Positions 40,236 to 50,715 of a stretch of 64,000 bases of DNA are shown piece after piece (the first letter of the stretch is position 1; every line of letters starts with the position of its first letter). The stretch spans positions 603 through 64,602 of the forward strand of contig JAHFNT010000004.1 of assembly GCA_023267195.1 (NCBI GenBank), read 5' to 3'. The notes beneath the pieces were generated by a model. It searched no databases, had not been told where the DNA came from, and was given only the letters and a program-made list of their open reading frames with translations. The DNA is from Candidatus Nomurabacteria bacterium (GTDB lineage: Bacteria; Patescibacteriota; Minisyncoccia; Phycocordibacterales; UBA9973). Position numbers and translations under genes: made by a program.

Positions 40236-40926
40236 GCCAATTTTTTGCTTTTAATGCATTCATCGCGGCGCTTTGTTCTGCTTCCTGTTTTGACTTGCCC
40301 TTGCCCTCAGCGATTAAATTAGTCCCAAAATAAATGCCAACGGTAAAATGCTTATCGTGATCAGGACCAGACTGCTGAAGCACTTTATATGAAGGAGTCA
40401 CCGACACGAACTCCTGCGCTTTTTCCTGCACTAGGGATTTTGCATCGCGCCAAAGTTTTTTATTCACTATTTCTTCCGTCTTGGGCAATAAAGTTTTCGT
40501 TATGAATTTATCAACCACTTCGTAACCCTGATCTAAATAAATTGCCCCCACGAGCGCTTCATAGGTATTAGCTAAAATATATTGCCTAGCCTTACCAAAA
40601 TCTTTCGCTTCCCCTTTAGATAAAAGCAAATAATCATTCATACCGATTGCGCCCGCAATTTCAGAAATAATGATCGCGTTGACTAAAGCTGAACGCATCG
40701 CTGTCAATTCTCCTTCTGTGTAAGCTGGATATTTTTTGTAAAGAAAATCGGTCACAATGAGCTCGAGCACTGCATCACCCAGGAACTCTAAACGTTCGTT
40801 GTGTGATATTTTTAATCCAACATTCTCGTTGATATAAGAACGATGCGTAAATGCTTGTTTTAACAAATCCTTATCTTTAAAAGATATTTTTATTTTTTTT
40901 TCAAAATCGGCAAATTTTATTGTCAT
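40228..40926 (-). CDS. rnc: ribonuclease III
   Basis: ERLEFLGDAV signature and a C-terminal dsRBD. Confidence 0.9.
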   Translation of the reverse strand: MTIKFADFEKKIKISFKDKDLLKQAFTHRSYINENVGLKISHNERLEFLGDAVLELIVTDFLYKKYPAYTEGELTAMRSALVNAIIISEIAGAIGMNDYLLLSKGEAKDFGKARQYILANTYEALVGAIYLDQGYEVVDKFITKTLLPKTEEIVNKKLWRDAKSLVQEKAQEFVSVTPSYKVLQQSGPDHDKHFTVGIYFGTNLIAEGKGKSKQEAEQSAAMNALKAKNWLD

Positions 40927-40928
40927 AT

Positions 40929-41846
40929 TTATTTTTTACTTATTATTTCTATTGCCTTGCTGATAAGCGGAATTATATCATTGTAAATTCTTAGCTCGGG
41001 AATAGCGGAAAGTGAAAACCACCTTGCGCCATCAAGCCCGCCAGACTTTTCGAGCTCAAGCTCTTTATATTCGCTTTTACCCAAAAAATAGATAACTTTC
41101 TTTAAACTTTTCCCTGTTGATGGGTGCGTAGCCACATATTCATTTTCCCCCAACTTTTCTTCTATACTTATATCAAGACCTATTTCTTTTTTAATGGACT
41201 TAACCGTACTCTCCAGCACATCTTCCCCCTCTCCTACTTTGCCTTTGGATAAAGTCCAGTACCCGAAAACATCATGCACAAAAGCAAATAATGTTTCTCC
41301 TTCATTTTTTGCATAAACCAAAGCGCCACCCAGCATTTCAACTGGTAATTTTGCGACATCCACAACTTCTTCCTGTTTCTTTTTCTTACTTATCTGTTCT
41401 TTGCCGGGCTCACCTATTTCTTTATAAACTGCCCCGAGCACGCCATTTACAAATTTGCCGGAATTTTCTCCGCCAAAAGTTTTGGCCAGTTCTATCGCTT
41501 CATTAATCGCTACTTTCGGAGGCACTTCAGTACGATCACCAAAAAGAAGCTCCGCTAAGCCAATTCTTAAGATATTCCTATCAATAATAGAAATCTTATC
41601 AATCGGCCAATCAGGCGCGGCCTTTTCGATAATTTCATCAATTACCGCTCGCTTTTTTAGTACTTGATCCATGAGTGAAAAAACAAAAGAATCATCCTCA
41701 AAACCAGGGGCAAATTCTTTTAAATTTCTTTTCAAAACATCTTCAATTTTCTCTTTGGAATTTTTCTCTTTATTTTCCTCCGAAGTAAAATCCCACTCAA
41801 AAAGCGTCTGGAGCACTATTGATCTTGAAAGGTGCCTATTTGCCAT
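40929..41846 (-). CDS. nusB: NusB antitermination factor fused to a degenerate Nudix-like domain
   Basis: Residues 1-150 are NusB (INEAIELAKTFGGENSGKFVNGVLG). Residues 165-305 show Nudix-fold features: GGALVY...WTLSKGKVGEGEDVLESTVKSIKKEIGL. The Nudix box is degenerate, with REUxEE changed to KSIKKE. Confidence 0.6.
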   Translation of the reverse strand: MANRHLSRSIVLQTLFEWDFTSEENKEKNSKEKIEDVLKRNLKEFAPGFEDDSFVFSLMDQVLKKRAVIDEIIEKAAPDWPIDKISIIDRNILRIGLAELLFGDRTEVPPKVAINEAIELAKTFGGENSGKFVNGVLGAVYKEIGEPGKEQISKKKKQEEVVDVAKLPVEMLGGALVYAKNEGETLFAFVHDVFGYWTLSKGKVGEGEDVLESTVKSIKKEIGLDISIEEKLGENEYVATHPSTGKSLKKVIYFLGKSEYKELELEKSGGLDGARWFSLSAIPELRIYNDIIPLISKAIEIISKK

Positions 41847-41862
41847 ATTTAAAAAACAAAAA

Positions 41863-42093
41863 TTATTTAGCGGCTTCGGCCTTCTTTGCTTTTGCTTTCT
41901 TTTGTTTCTTTTCTGTCTTTTTAATCAAATCCAGAACCTTCTTGCCACGGTAAAAACCGCAACTTACACAGACAGTGTGACGTCGCTTTAAAGCTTTACA
42001 ATTTTCGCATTTAGCAAAACTCGTACTCTCCAAAGCGTGGTGAGAACGCCTGTTTGCTGTATGCGATTTTGTGTGTCTCATTCGTACTACCAT
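41863..42093 (-). CDS. rpmF: 50S ribosomal protein L32 (zinc-ribbon form)
   Basis: 76 aa with CENC...CVSCG. L32-like N-terminus. Confidence 0.7.
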   Translation of the reverse strand: MVVRMRHTKSHTANRRSHHALESTSFAKCENCKALKRRHTVCVSCGFYRGKKVLDLIKKTEKKQKKAKAKKAEAAK

Positions 42094-42175
42094 AATGCGT
42101 CTATACTAGCATATTGAATACGAAAAGCAAAATCCGTCCAAGCCATTGAGCCAATACGACCCCTAATACGACCCT

Positions 42176-42203
42176 TTGACAAACAAGTTATCTTTGATAT
42201 GAT
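42176..42203 (+). promoter_or_regulatory. promoter of the thrS leader (TTGACA-16-TATGAT)
   Basis: TTGACAaacaagttatctttgaTATGAT immediately upstream of Stem I. Confidence 0.5.
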
Positions 42204-42204
42204 T

Positions 42205-42360
42205 GGTCCTATAGAGATTGTTGTGTTTACCAAGCACAATCCTGTCTTGACAGGACCCGAAAAGGCTAATCTATAAGCATAAAAAGAGCAAAGTTGGGTG
42301 GAACCGCGAAGTAGACTCGCCCCGACAAAAAATGAGAACTTTTCATTTTTTGTCGGGGCG
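42205..42360 (+). promoter_or_regulatory. T-box riboswitch leader (Thr), compact Stem I plus antiterminator/terminator
   Basis: T-box sequence AGUUGGGUGGAACCGCG at 42292-42308 with the UGGAACC bulge. The overlapping terminator CGCCCCGACAAAAAAUGA-gaac-UCAUUUUUUGUCGGGGCG plus U-run lies at 42318-42365. Stem I carries AGAGA and a loop UUUACCAAG, i.e. Thr codon ACC followed by A. The discriminator-pairing position (A) fits the U73 of the local tRNA-Thr. Confidence 0.6.
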
Positions 42361-42392
42361 ATTTTAATTTTATTAATAATTTTTTAAAAAAT

Positions 42393-44141
42393 ATGGAAAA
42401 AGAAAAACTAGAACACTTAAGACACACTTTGGCTCACCTCTTGGCAGCAGCCGTCGGGGAAATTTATAAATTTGATAAAGTGAAACTCACCCTCGGTCCA
42501 GCGATCGACAATGGTTTTTATTATGATATTGATTTTGGAGAGGAAAAAGTAGCTGACAAAGATTTGCAAAAAATCGAGGACAAAATGCGTAAGATTTTGC
42601 CCAAATGGACAGAATTCACCCATAAAGAAATTTCTAAAGACGAAGCGCTCGCATTTTTCAAAAATGAATATAAACAAGAACTGATAAACGAAATCGCGGA
42701 ACGTGGAGAAAAAATCACCACGTATACTTGCGGAGGATTCACAGATTTGTGTCGTGGCGGACACTTGGAAAATCCTGCGACAGAAATAGATCCTGCGTCT
42801 TTTAAATTAGATCGAGTCGCAGGAGCTTACTGGCGCGGAGATGAGAAAAATAAGATGTTGACTCGTATTTATGGACTCGCTTTCCCTACCAAAGCAGAAC
42901 TGGATGCCTATTTGACCCAACGCGAAGAAGCCGAAAAAAGAGACCATAAAAAATTAGGAAAAGAATTGGATTTATTTACTTTTTCTGACTTGGTAGGAGC
43001 TGGCCTTCCTTTGTTTACCCCTAAGGGCACGGTGATTAGAAACTTACTTGATGGTTTTGTATGGGAACTTCGCAAAGCAGTCGGATATGAACAAGTAGAT
43101 ATTCCGCACATTACCAAAAAGGAACTTTACGAAACCTCCGGGCACTGGGAAAAATTTAAAGACGATTTATTTAGAGTAAATACTCGTGAGGGACATATAT
43201 TTGCTATGAAGCCGATGAATTGTCCGCATCACACTCAGATATACAACAGGAGACAGTGGAGTTATCGAGAATTACCTCAGAGGTATGCGAATACCACCAA
43301 AGTTTACCGAGACGAGCAGACGGGCGAACTAGGAGGACTGACTCGTGTCAGATCTATCACCCAAGATGATGCGCATGTCTTCTGTCGATTGAGCCAATCA
43401 GGCGATGAAATTCGTAAAATTTACAACATTGTAAAAACGTTTTATGGCGCTTTTGGTTTTACTTTACAACCACGTCTTTCGATGCATGATCCGAAAAATA
43501 TGAATGCTTATTTGGGCACGGAAGAAGTTTGGTTGAATTCTGAAAAAACACTCCGTGAAATAATTTTAGGTAATAATGAAACACCGATAGAGGCTCTAGG
43601 TGAAGCTGCTTTTTATGGGCCCAAGATTGACTTCCTCGCCAAAGATGCCATCGGACGGGACCATCAAGTGGCTACCATTCAACTCGATATGAATATGCCA
43701 GAGCGATTTGATTTGTATTGCATCAACGAAAAAGGCGCACAAGAACGCATCGTCATGGTGCATGCTGCTATCATGGGTTCGATTGAAAGATTTATGTCTA
43801 TTCTTATTGAACACACAGCTGGCGCTTTCCCTCTCTGGCTCTCGCCAGTGCAAGTCAAAATAATTCCTGTACGCGAAAACCATAATGCCTATGCCAAAGA
43901 AGTTTATGAAATGCTCAAAGAAAAAGGTATTCGCGCGGAACTCGATGATAATGATGGCAACCTCGGCGGCAAAGTCCGCGATGCAAAAAACAACAAGATC
44001 CCCTACTGGATAGTTGTTGGCGACAAAGAAGTTGAAGCTGGCAAAGTCACTCTCGAGTCTCGCGACGCAGGTCAACTAGGACAAATCTCAAAAGAAGAAT
44101 TAGTTTCAAAACTCTTGGAAGAAATTAAAAATAAGAAATAA
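42393..44141 (+). CDS. thrS: threonyl-tRNA synthetase (no TGS domain)
   Basis: HxxxH...CxxxH editing-domain motif, class II core and anticodon-binding domain. Confidence 0.9.
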   Translation: MEKEKLEHLRHTLAHLLAAAVGEIYKFDKVKLTLGPAIDNGFYYDIDFGEEKVADKDLQKIEDKMRKILPKWTEFTHKEISKDEALAFFKNEYKQELINEIAERGEKITTYTCGGFTDLCRGGHLENPATEIDPASFKLDRVAGAYWRGDEKNKMLTRIYGLAFPTKAELDAYLTQREEAEKRDHKKLGKELDLFTFSDLVGAGLPLFTPKGTVIRNLLDGFVWELRKAVGYEQVDIPHITKKELYETSGHWEKFKDDLFRVNTREGHIFAMKPMNCPHHTQIYNRRQWSYRELPQRYANTTKVYRDEQTGELGGLTRVRSITQDDAHVFCRLSQSGDEIRKIYNIVKTFYGAFGFTLQPRLSMHDPKNMNAYLGTEEVWLNSEKTLREIILGNNETPIEALGEAAFYGPKIDFLAKDAIGRDHQVATIQLDMNMPERFDLYCINEKGAQERIVMVHAAIMGSIERFMSILIEHTAGAFPLWLSPVQVKIIPVRENHNAYAKEVYEMLKEKGIRAELDDNDGNLGGKVRDAKNNKIPYWIVVGDKEVEAGKVTLESRDAGQLGQISKEELVSKLLEEIKNKK

Positions 44142-44147
44142 AACATA

Positions 44148-44747
44148 ATGCGAGAAAAAAGTGAAAAAAGGGGAGTTGAAGCGTCCTTATTGTTGAGTTT
44201 TGTCGTTGATTATATTGTCTCAGCTAGTGAATTATTAGGCCTCGGCAAATCTAGAGTATCAGTTTCCGCAATCTTTTGCTTAAGACACTCAATTGAATTA
44301 CTACAAAAATCTTTAACAAGTGCATCAAGAAAAAAATTCAATCGTAATCACGAGCTAAATAAAGAGAATCTTGAAATGGCAAAAACCGCGCTCAATAAAA
44401 TAAAATTAAATGATCAAAATCCTGCGATTAAAAAAAGAATTATTCCCTTTTTGGAAGAAATTTCAAAGAACGAAAACCCTGAAAAAATTTTTAAAGTAAT
44501 AATGAAAGGTTTTTCACAAAAATTGGGCTTGATCTCTAAAAAATACCAAACTCACTCATATCTAAATTTAAGAGAAAAAATCAATGACAGAAAAAATATA
44601 TACTTAAGATATCCCAAAAATCAGGAGTTTTTAGATAATCTCGAAATAGCCAATTTAGAAAGGATTCGCTCGGATGTGACAGAAGTTTTAAACATGGTAG
44701 CTATATTAGTTTTTTTCTTTTCTCTTACCACAACGCCTCTAGATTAA
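44148..44747 (+). CDS. hypothetical protein
   Basis: 199 aa. Probably co-transcribed with thrS. Confidence 0.4.
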   Translation: MREKSEKRGVEASLLLSFVVDYIVSASELLGLGKSRVSVSAIFCLRHSIELLQKSLTSASRKKFNRNHELNKENLEMAKTALNKIKLNDQNPAIKKRIIPFLEEISKNENPEKIFKVIMKGFSQKLGLISKKYQTHSYLNLREKINDRKNIYLRYPKNQEFLDNLEIANLERIRSDVTEVLNMVAILVFFFSLTTTPLD

Positions 44748-44758
44748 TAGTACTTTAT

Positions 44759-46117
<1,359 letters not shown>

Positions 46118-46120
<3 letters not shown>

Positions 46121-46831
46121 TTCTCTAAAATAAAATACGTCATCCCCATTTAAGCCCTTTTTGTCATCAAAATCGCGGGCGTCAATAATTGAAATTCTTA
46201 ATTTTTTTACTAAGTAAGCCTGTTGTCGAATATGATTGACTATGGTGTGCCAATCAAATTTTATATCGCCGAAAATTTCTTTGTCTGGTTCAAAAGTTAT
46301 GACCGTACCGTGCAGTTTTGAGGCACCGATCTTTTTTACCGCCGACTTTTTCTTGCCCTGTGAATATTCTTGCAAATATTTTCCACCATCTCGGCATACT
46401 TCTGCCCTGCAATAAATAGAAAGGGCATTCACCACCGAGGCCCCAACACCGTGCAAGCCTCCAGAAACTTTATACCCTTCACCTCCGAATTTTCCCCCCG
46501 CATGTAAAGTTGTCATGACTGTCTCGAGCGCAGAAACTTTTGTTTTCTTGTGCATGTCAACAGGAATACCTCGGCCATTATCTGCAACACGAATGCGATT
46601 ATCCGGAAGTAAAACAATTTCTATGTCATTACAAAAACCACCCATGGCTTCGTCGCGGGAATTGTCAAAAATCTCCCAGACGAGGTGGTGCAATCCATCC
46701 GGTCCAGTTGTCCCAATATACATACCTGGACGTTTCCTGACGGGCTCTAGGCCTTCTAAAACGGAAATGTCAGAGGCATCATAATGATGGCCTTTATCGC
46801 CATCCTTTTTAACCGTCTCGTCTTTTGCCAT
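46118..46831 (-). CDS. gyrB: DNA gyrase subunit B, N-terminal GHKL ATPase fragment
   Basis: HHLVWEIFDNSRDEAMGG, NGRGIP and GLHGVGASVVNALS ATP-lid motifs. Extended -10 TGCTATAAT about 10 nt upstream of the start. Confidence 0.8.
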
Positions 46832-46984
46832 ACAAGGATATTATAGCATTAAATGAGGAGCATAAACAAGCCGTATTTTGCTTGTTTAATGTCCGAATGC
46901 CAATGCTATATGGTAATCCATATAGCAGAAATTTAATGCTTTTGCTAGTAAAAATTTAAAGAAATTTGTGCATAAAAATAGGGT

Positions 46985-47365
46985 GGAGGTCGCCCGCGTG
47001 AAGCGAACGACCTCCGATACGACTACCAGATTTCCTCCCCCCTTGCCGCCACGGAAGCAGGGTCAGCGTCCTCTGGGGGATAAGAACGCTCACCCTCCTC
47101 GGCCCGTTTCTCGTCCGACCGAACGACAGCACTCGATTCCCCATCTCGGGGAAGACGACGCAGTCGAGGCTTCGATCGAACAAGGCAGTCGCTACTGAAC
47201 GGGTCAAGCTCCAGGTGTCCCATGACTTCTCCTTCTGCTCACAGACGCATACTTCGCATGCAGGTGAGCATGCTGGGTACAAACACTTTATGCCCAAGAT
47301 GCTCACCTCATGGAAAAACCTAAAAGAACAAAATACCAGTCTTCGTTAGAAGGCTGGTATTTAGG
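46985..47365. other. GC-rich hairpin-rich intergenic element (candidate structured RNA), strand unresolved
   Basis: Stable hairpins: GGAGGTCG...CGACCTCC (46988-47030) with T-run on the minus strand, GGTGAGCAT-27nt-ATGCTCACC (about 47265-47315), and AAATACCAGtCTTCgttaGAAGgCTGGTATTT (47333-47364). ORFs here are Arg-rich and one reads through a terminator hairpin. Confidence 0.35.
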
Positions 47366-47558
47366 TTGTAAGTTTTTGTTTAGGAATTTTACAGCGCAAA
47401 TATCAGCCCTCTAAGTGAGGATTGAATGAGAAAGAGGACCTTAATTGCGTGTAATTTATTCACGCTTAAAGTGTAGCAATTATTTTTTAGATGTAAATAC
47501 ATACCTGTGGAAAAGTGCGCGGGTTTACTTTTTAGCTATTTTTCTTTATATTAGAGGA

Positions 47559-48695
47559 ATGAATTATGAAATTTCTTCCAGCGAGGAAAAGTCGCTCCGT
47601 GAAAGCCTAGAAACGCGTACCGACACCGAAGCGCTTCGCATGAGGCGATATCTCTCGATGCCGGACCTCTCCCGGACATCCGGAAGCCCGATTAAAGAAA
47701 TCGTGGATCGAATCTTGGGTAGTTCGTACTTTCAAGAATTAGACGTTATTAAGATTCCAGAAATTGTCCCGGCTGATATAAGTTTTGACCTCTTTGATTT
47801 CCCCAAAGACCACCCAGCGAGAAGCAAGTCTGACACCTACTATGTAGATGAGAAAAATATTTTAAGAACTCACACCACCGTGATGTGGTATTACTACCTA
47901 CATCATGACGAGGTTAAAAAAAGAATTCAAGCAAATAAAGCAGTGGGCGCTTTTTGTTTTGGTAAGGTATACCGAAAAGATGAGATCGACAGAAAACACA
48001 TGAACGTGTTTCATCAAATTGACGGCTGGTATCTCGCACCGAAATCTATCAAAACAATAACTCAAAAGGATTTAGAGGAAGCACTCAGCAATATCGCTAA
48101 AGCGGTGTTCGGTCCAGAGGTGAAATATCGTCTGAACAAAGATACCTTTCCTTACACTGATCCATCACTGGAAATGGAAGTGGATATAAACAGCAATTGG
48201 GTAGAAGTCGTAGGCTGCGGAGTGGTAAAAGGAAGCGTACTTGAAACATTAGGAGTGGACTCTTCTAAATATACTGGTTGGGCTTTCGGTTTTGGTCTTG
48301 AAAGACTGGCAATAGTAAGTATGGAATTGCCAGATATCCGTCTCCTCTGGTCAGAGGATCCACGTGTAGTTAAACAATTAAAATTGGGTCAGAAATTTGT
48401 GGAAGTAAGCAAATACCCTCCGATTGTGCGTGATATTTCTTTTGTAGTAGAAAATGATTTTATTCCAAATGATTATTTTGATTTCGTACGAGAATTGGCG
48501 CCTGGACTGGTAGAACAAGTAGAACTTTTAGATAAATATGAAAATGCTGAGAAATTTGGCGCAGGAAAAATAAGTTACGCCTACAGGGTAACTTATCGCT
48601 CGCTCGATCGAACACTTACAGGAGAAGAAATAGATACAATTCATAAAAAACTTGAGTCTGAAACAGCAAAAGTTTTCTCCGCAACCATACGCTAG
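47559..48695 (+). CDS. pheS: phenylalanyl-tRNA synthetase alpha subunit
   Basis: Class II motifs, FPYTDPSLEME... Start moved to Met-39 of the track ORF (SD AGAGGAA). Upstream promoter TTTACT-17-TATATT. Confidence 0.85.
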   Translation: MNYEISSSEEKSLRESLETRTDTEALRMRRYLSMPDLSRTSGSPIKEIVDRILGSSYFQELDVIKIPEIVPADISFDLFDFPKDHPARSKSDTYYVDEKNILRTHTTVMWYYYLHHDEVKKRIQANKAVGAFCFGKVYRKDEIDRKHMNVFHQIDGWYLAPKSIKTITQKDLEEALSNIAKAVFGPEVKYRLNKDTFPYTDPSLEMEVDINSNWVEVVGCGVVKGSVLETLGVDSSKYTGWAFGFGLERLAIVSMELPDIRLLWSEDPRVVKQLKLGQKFVEVSKYPPIVRDISFVVENDFIPNDYFDFVRELAPGLVEQVELLDKYENAEKFGAGKISYAYRVTYRSLDRTLTGEEIDTIHKKLESETAKVFSATIR

Positions 48696-48698
48696 TAT

Positions 48699-49955
48699 TT
48701 ATTTTCTAAAGGCATATTTTCCCTGCACCACCCATTTATAAGTGGTCATTTCTTTGGGACCCATCGGTCCTCTCGCGTGAAGCTTGGAGGTGGAAATTCC
48801 TATTTCTGACCCAAGCCCAAACATCGCGCCATCAGAAAAACGAGTAGAGGCATTGACATAAACTGCTGCTGCATCAACTTCGCTCAAAAACTTCTCACAA
48901 TTATTTTTATCCTCTGAAAGAATTGCCTCGGAATGCTTGGATGAATATTTAGCAATATGGCTCAAAGCTCCACTTAGATCAGAAACAATTTTTACTGACA
49001 TCTTCTGGCTTAAAAACTCGCGCCCAAAATCAGTTAGCTTAGCCTTTTGGATAAACTCGGCCGGATAGTGATTTTTTAAAATTGCAAAACTTTTCTGGTC
49101 AGCAAAAATTTCTACTCGTTTTTGGAGTAGCATTTTGGCAACTACTGGGAGAAACTTAGCCGCGATATCTTTATGTACTAGCAACGTATCAAGCGAATTA
49201 CAGACACTCGGACGCTGTGTTTTGGCGTTAAAAACAACCAACGCGGAGGGGTTAATTTTCGCAGACGCATCCACAAAAGTATGACAAACCCCTGCGCCTG
49301 TCTCAATCACTGGAACAGTCGCGTTTTTCCTGACGAAATTTATCAATCCCGAACTTCCACGCGGAACAATCACATCGATTAAACCATCGGCTCTGATAAT
49401 CTCCGAAACGGCATTTTTTGTTTTAGGATCCACAAATAAAACAGCCGCGGAGTCTACCCCAGATGCAATCAGGGCTTTTTTTATGATTTTATGGAGAATA
49501 ATATAACTTTCTCTTCCCTCTTTTCCCCCTTTGAGTACAACTGCATTACCTGATTTAATGCAGATAGCAGCTATGTCCGTTGTCGCATTTGGGCGCGACT
49601 CGTAAATAACACCAATCACTCCAATAGGCACTCGCTTCTTGCAAAGTTTTAAACCAAACCTTTTTCGGCAATCAAAAACCTCACCAATTGGATCTGGCAT
49701 TTTTATGAGACTTTCAATTTCTTTAGCCATATTTCGAATACGCTCACTATTTAAAGTAAGGCGGTCGCGCATTGGATTATTTTCGGGAAAATTTTTTAAA
49801 TCTTTTAGATTTGCCTGGATAATTAGTGTTTTATTTTTACGTAATTCCAGAGCTAAATTTTTTAAAATTGAATTTCTTTTTGCAAGAGATAAAAGGCCGA
49901 GTTTCCGGGAAGCATTTTTTGCTTTATTTAATTGCCCTAAAAGTTTTTTATTCAT
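48699..49955 (-). CDS. proA: gamma-glutamyl phosphate reductase
   Basis: 418 aa, aldehyde-dehydrogenase fold, C-terminal GPMGPKEMTTYKWVVQG. Confidence 0.85.
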   Translation of the reverse strand: MNKKLLGQLNKAKNASRKLGLLSLAKRNSILKNLALELRKNKTLIIQANLKDLKNFPENNPMRDRLTLNSERIRNMAKEIESLIKMPDPIGEVFDCRKRFGLKLCKKRVPIGVIGVIYESRPNATTDIAAICIKSGNAVVLKGGKEGRESYIILHKIIKKALIASGVDSAAVLFVDPKTKNAVSEIIRADGLIDVIVPRGSSGLINFVRKNATVPVIETGAGVCHTFVDASAKINPSALVVFNAKTQRPSVCNSLDTLLVHKDIAAKFLPVVAKMLLQKRVEIFADQKSFAILKNHYPAEFIQKAKLTDFGREFLSQKMSVKIVSDLSGALSHIAKYSSKHSEAILSEDKNNCEKFLSEVDAAAVYVNASTRFSDGAMFGLGSEIGISTSKLHARGPMGPKEMTTYKWVVQGKYAFRK

Positions 49956-50714
49956 TTATGCATTATTCAACTCTTGCGCTCTCCTATACGCAGAGAAGAC
50001 TGCTTCTTCGACAAGCCGAGCTATGTTCTTCTTTCGAAAGACTTTAAGTGCGGCTTCGGTTGTCCCCCCTTTTGAAGCAATTTTTTTTATCAGTTCTGAA
50101 TAATCAGCCTCTTTACTGAGCAGGGCGGAAGCCTTAAGGGTCTTCCCAACTAATTTTCTACTTTCGTCCTGTGTAAATCCTAAACTTTGAGAAGTTTTGA
50201 TCAAACAATCAGCTAAAAGAAAAAAGTAAGCAGGGCCGCTCCCAGAGATAGCTGTAACCTTATTAATCGCATCTTCATTTTTGGTTTCAAAATTTTCCGT
50301 AATCTTGTTTATAAGATTTTTTGCTTTTTTAACTTCCGGAAGAGATAAGCCCGATGCCTTCCAAAAAGCGATGCCTTCTCCAACCGAAAGACCTAAATTC
50401 GGCATCATTCTGATGATTCTTTTCTGCCCAGAAAGGGCCACCAATTTTTTTATTGAGACTCCAGCCATAATTGAAATCAAGATTGTTTTTTTATTTAAAG
50501 AAATCTTGACTTGTTTCAGAGCTTCTTTGGCATCTTGTGGCTTAATCGCTAATATCAAAAAATCAGATTTTTGAATATTTTTTGCGCTCACATTGTCATG
50601 CAAATTGTGTTTATCAATTCCAAAAACTTTCACCGCGCCAGCATAATCTGACAAGGCTTTTGCTATTGCCTGTCCCATCGTGCCAAAACCAATAATTGTA
50701 ACTTGCATTTTCAT
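49956..50714 (-). CDS. proC: pyrroline-5-carboxylate reductase
   Basis: N-terminal Rossmann VTIIGFGTMGQAIAKAL and ProC C-terminal domain. Confidence 0.8.
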   Translation of the reverse strand: MKMQVTIIGFGTMGQAIAKALSDYAGAVKVFGIDKHNLHDNVSAKNIQKSDFLILAIKPQDAKEALKQVKISLNKKTILISIMAGVSIKKLVALSGQKRIIRMMPNLGLSVGEGIAFWKASGLSLPEVKKAKNLINKITENFETKNEDAINKVTAISGSGPAYFFLLADCLIKTSQSLGFTQDESRKLVGKTLKASALLSKEADYSELIKKIASKGGTTEAALKVFRKKNIARLVEEAVFSAYRRAQELNNA

Positions 50715-50715
50715 A

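Noticed and set aside
46956-47306. 116-aa minus-strand ORF (and ORFs 46968..47198 and 47023..47223) in the gyrB-pheS GC element
   Set aside because: It reads through a terminator-like hairpin. The Arg/Gly-rich composition suggests a structured-RNA artefact.
47445-47558. N-terminal 38-aa extension of pheS in the ORF track
   Set aside because: Junk-like hydrophobic sequence overlapping the promoter. A conserved PheS N-terminus begins at the internal Met with an SD.
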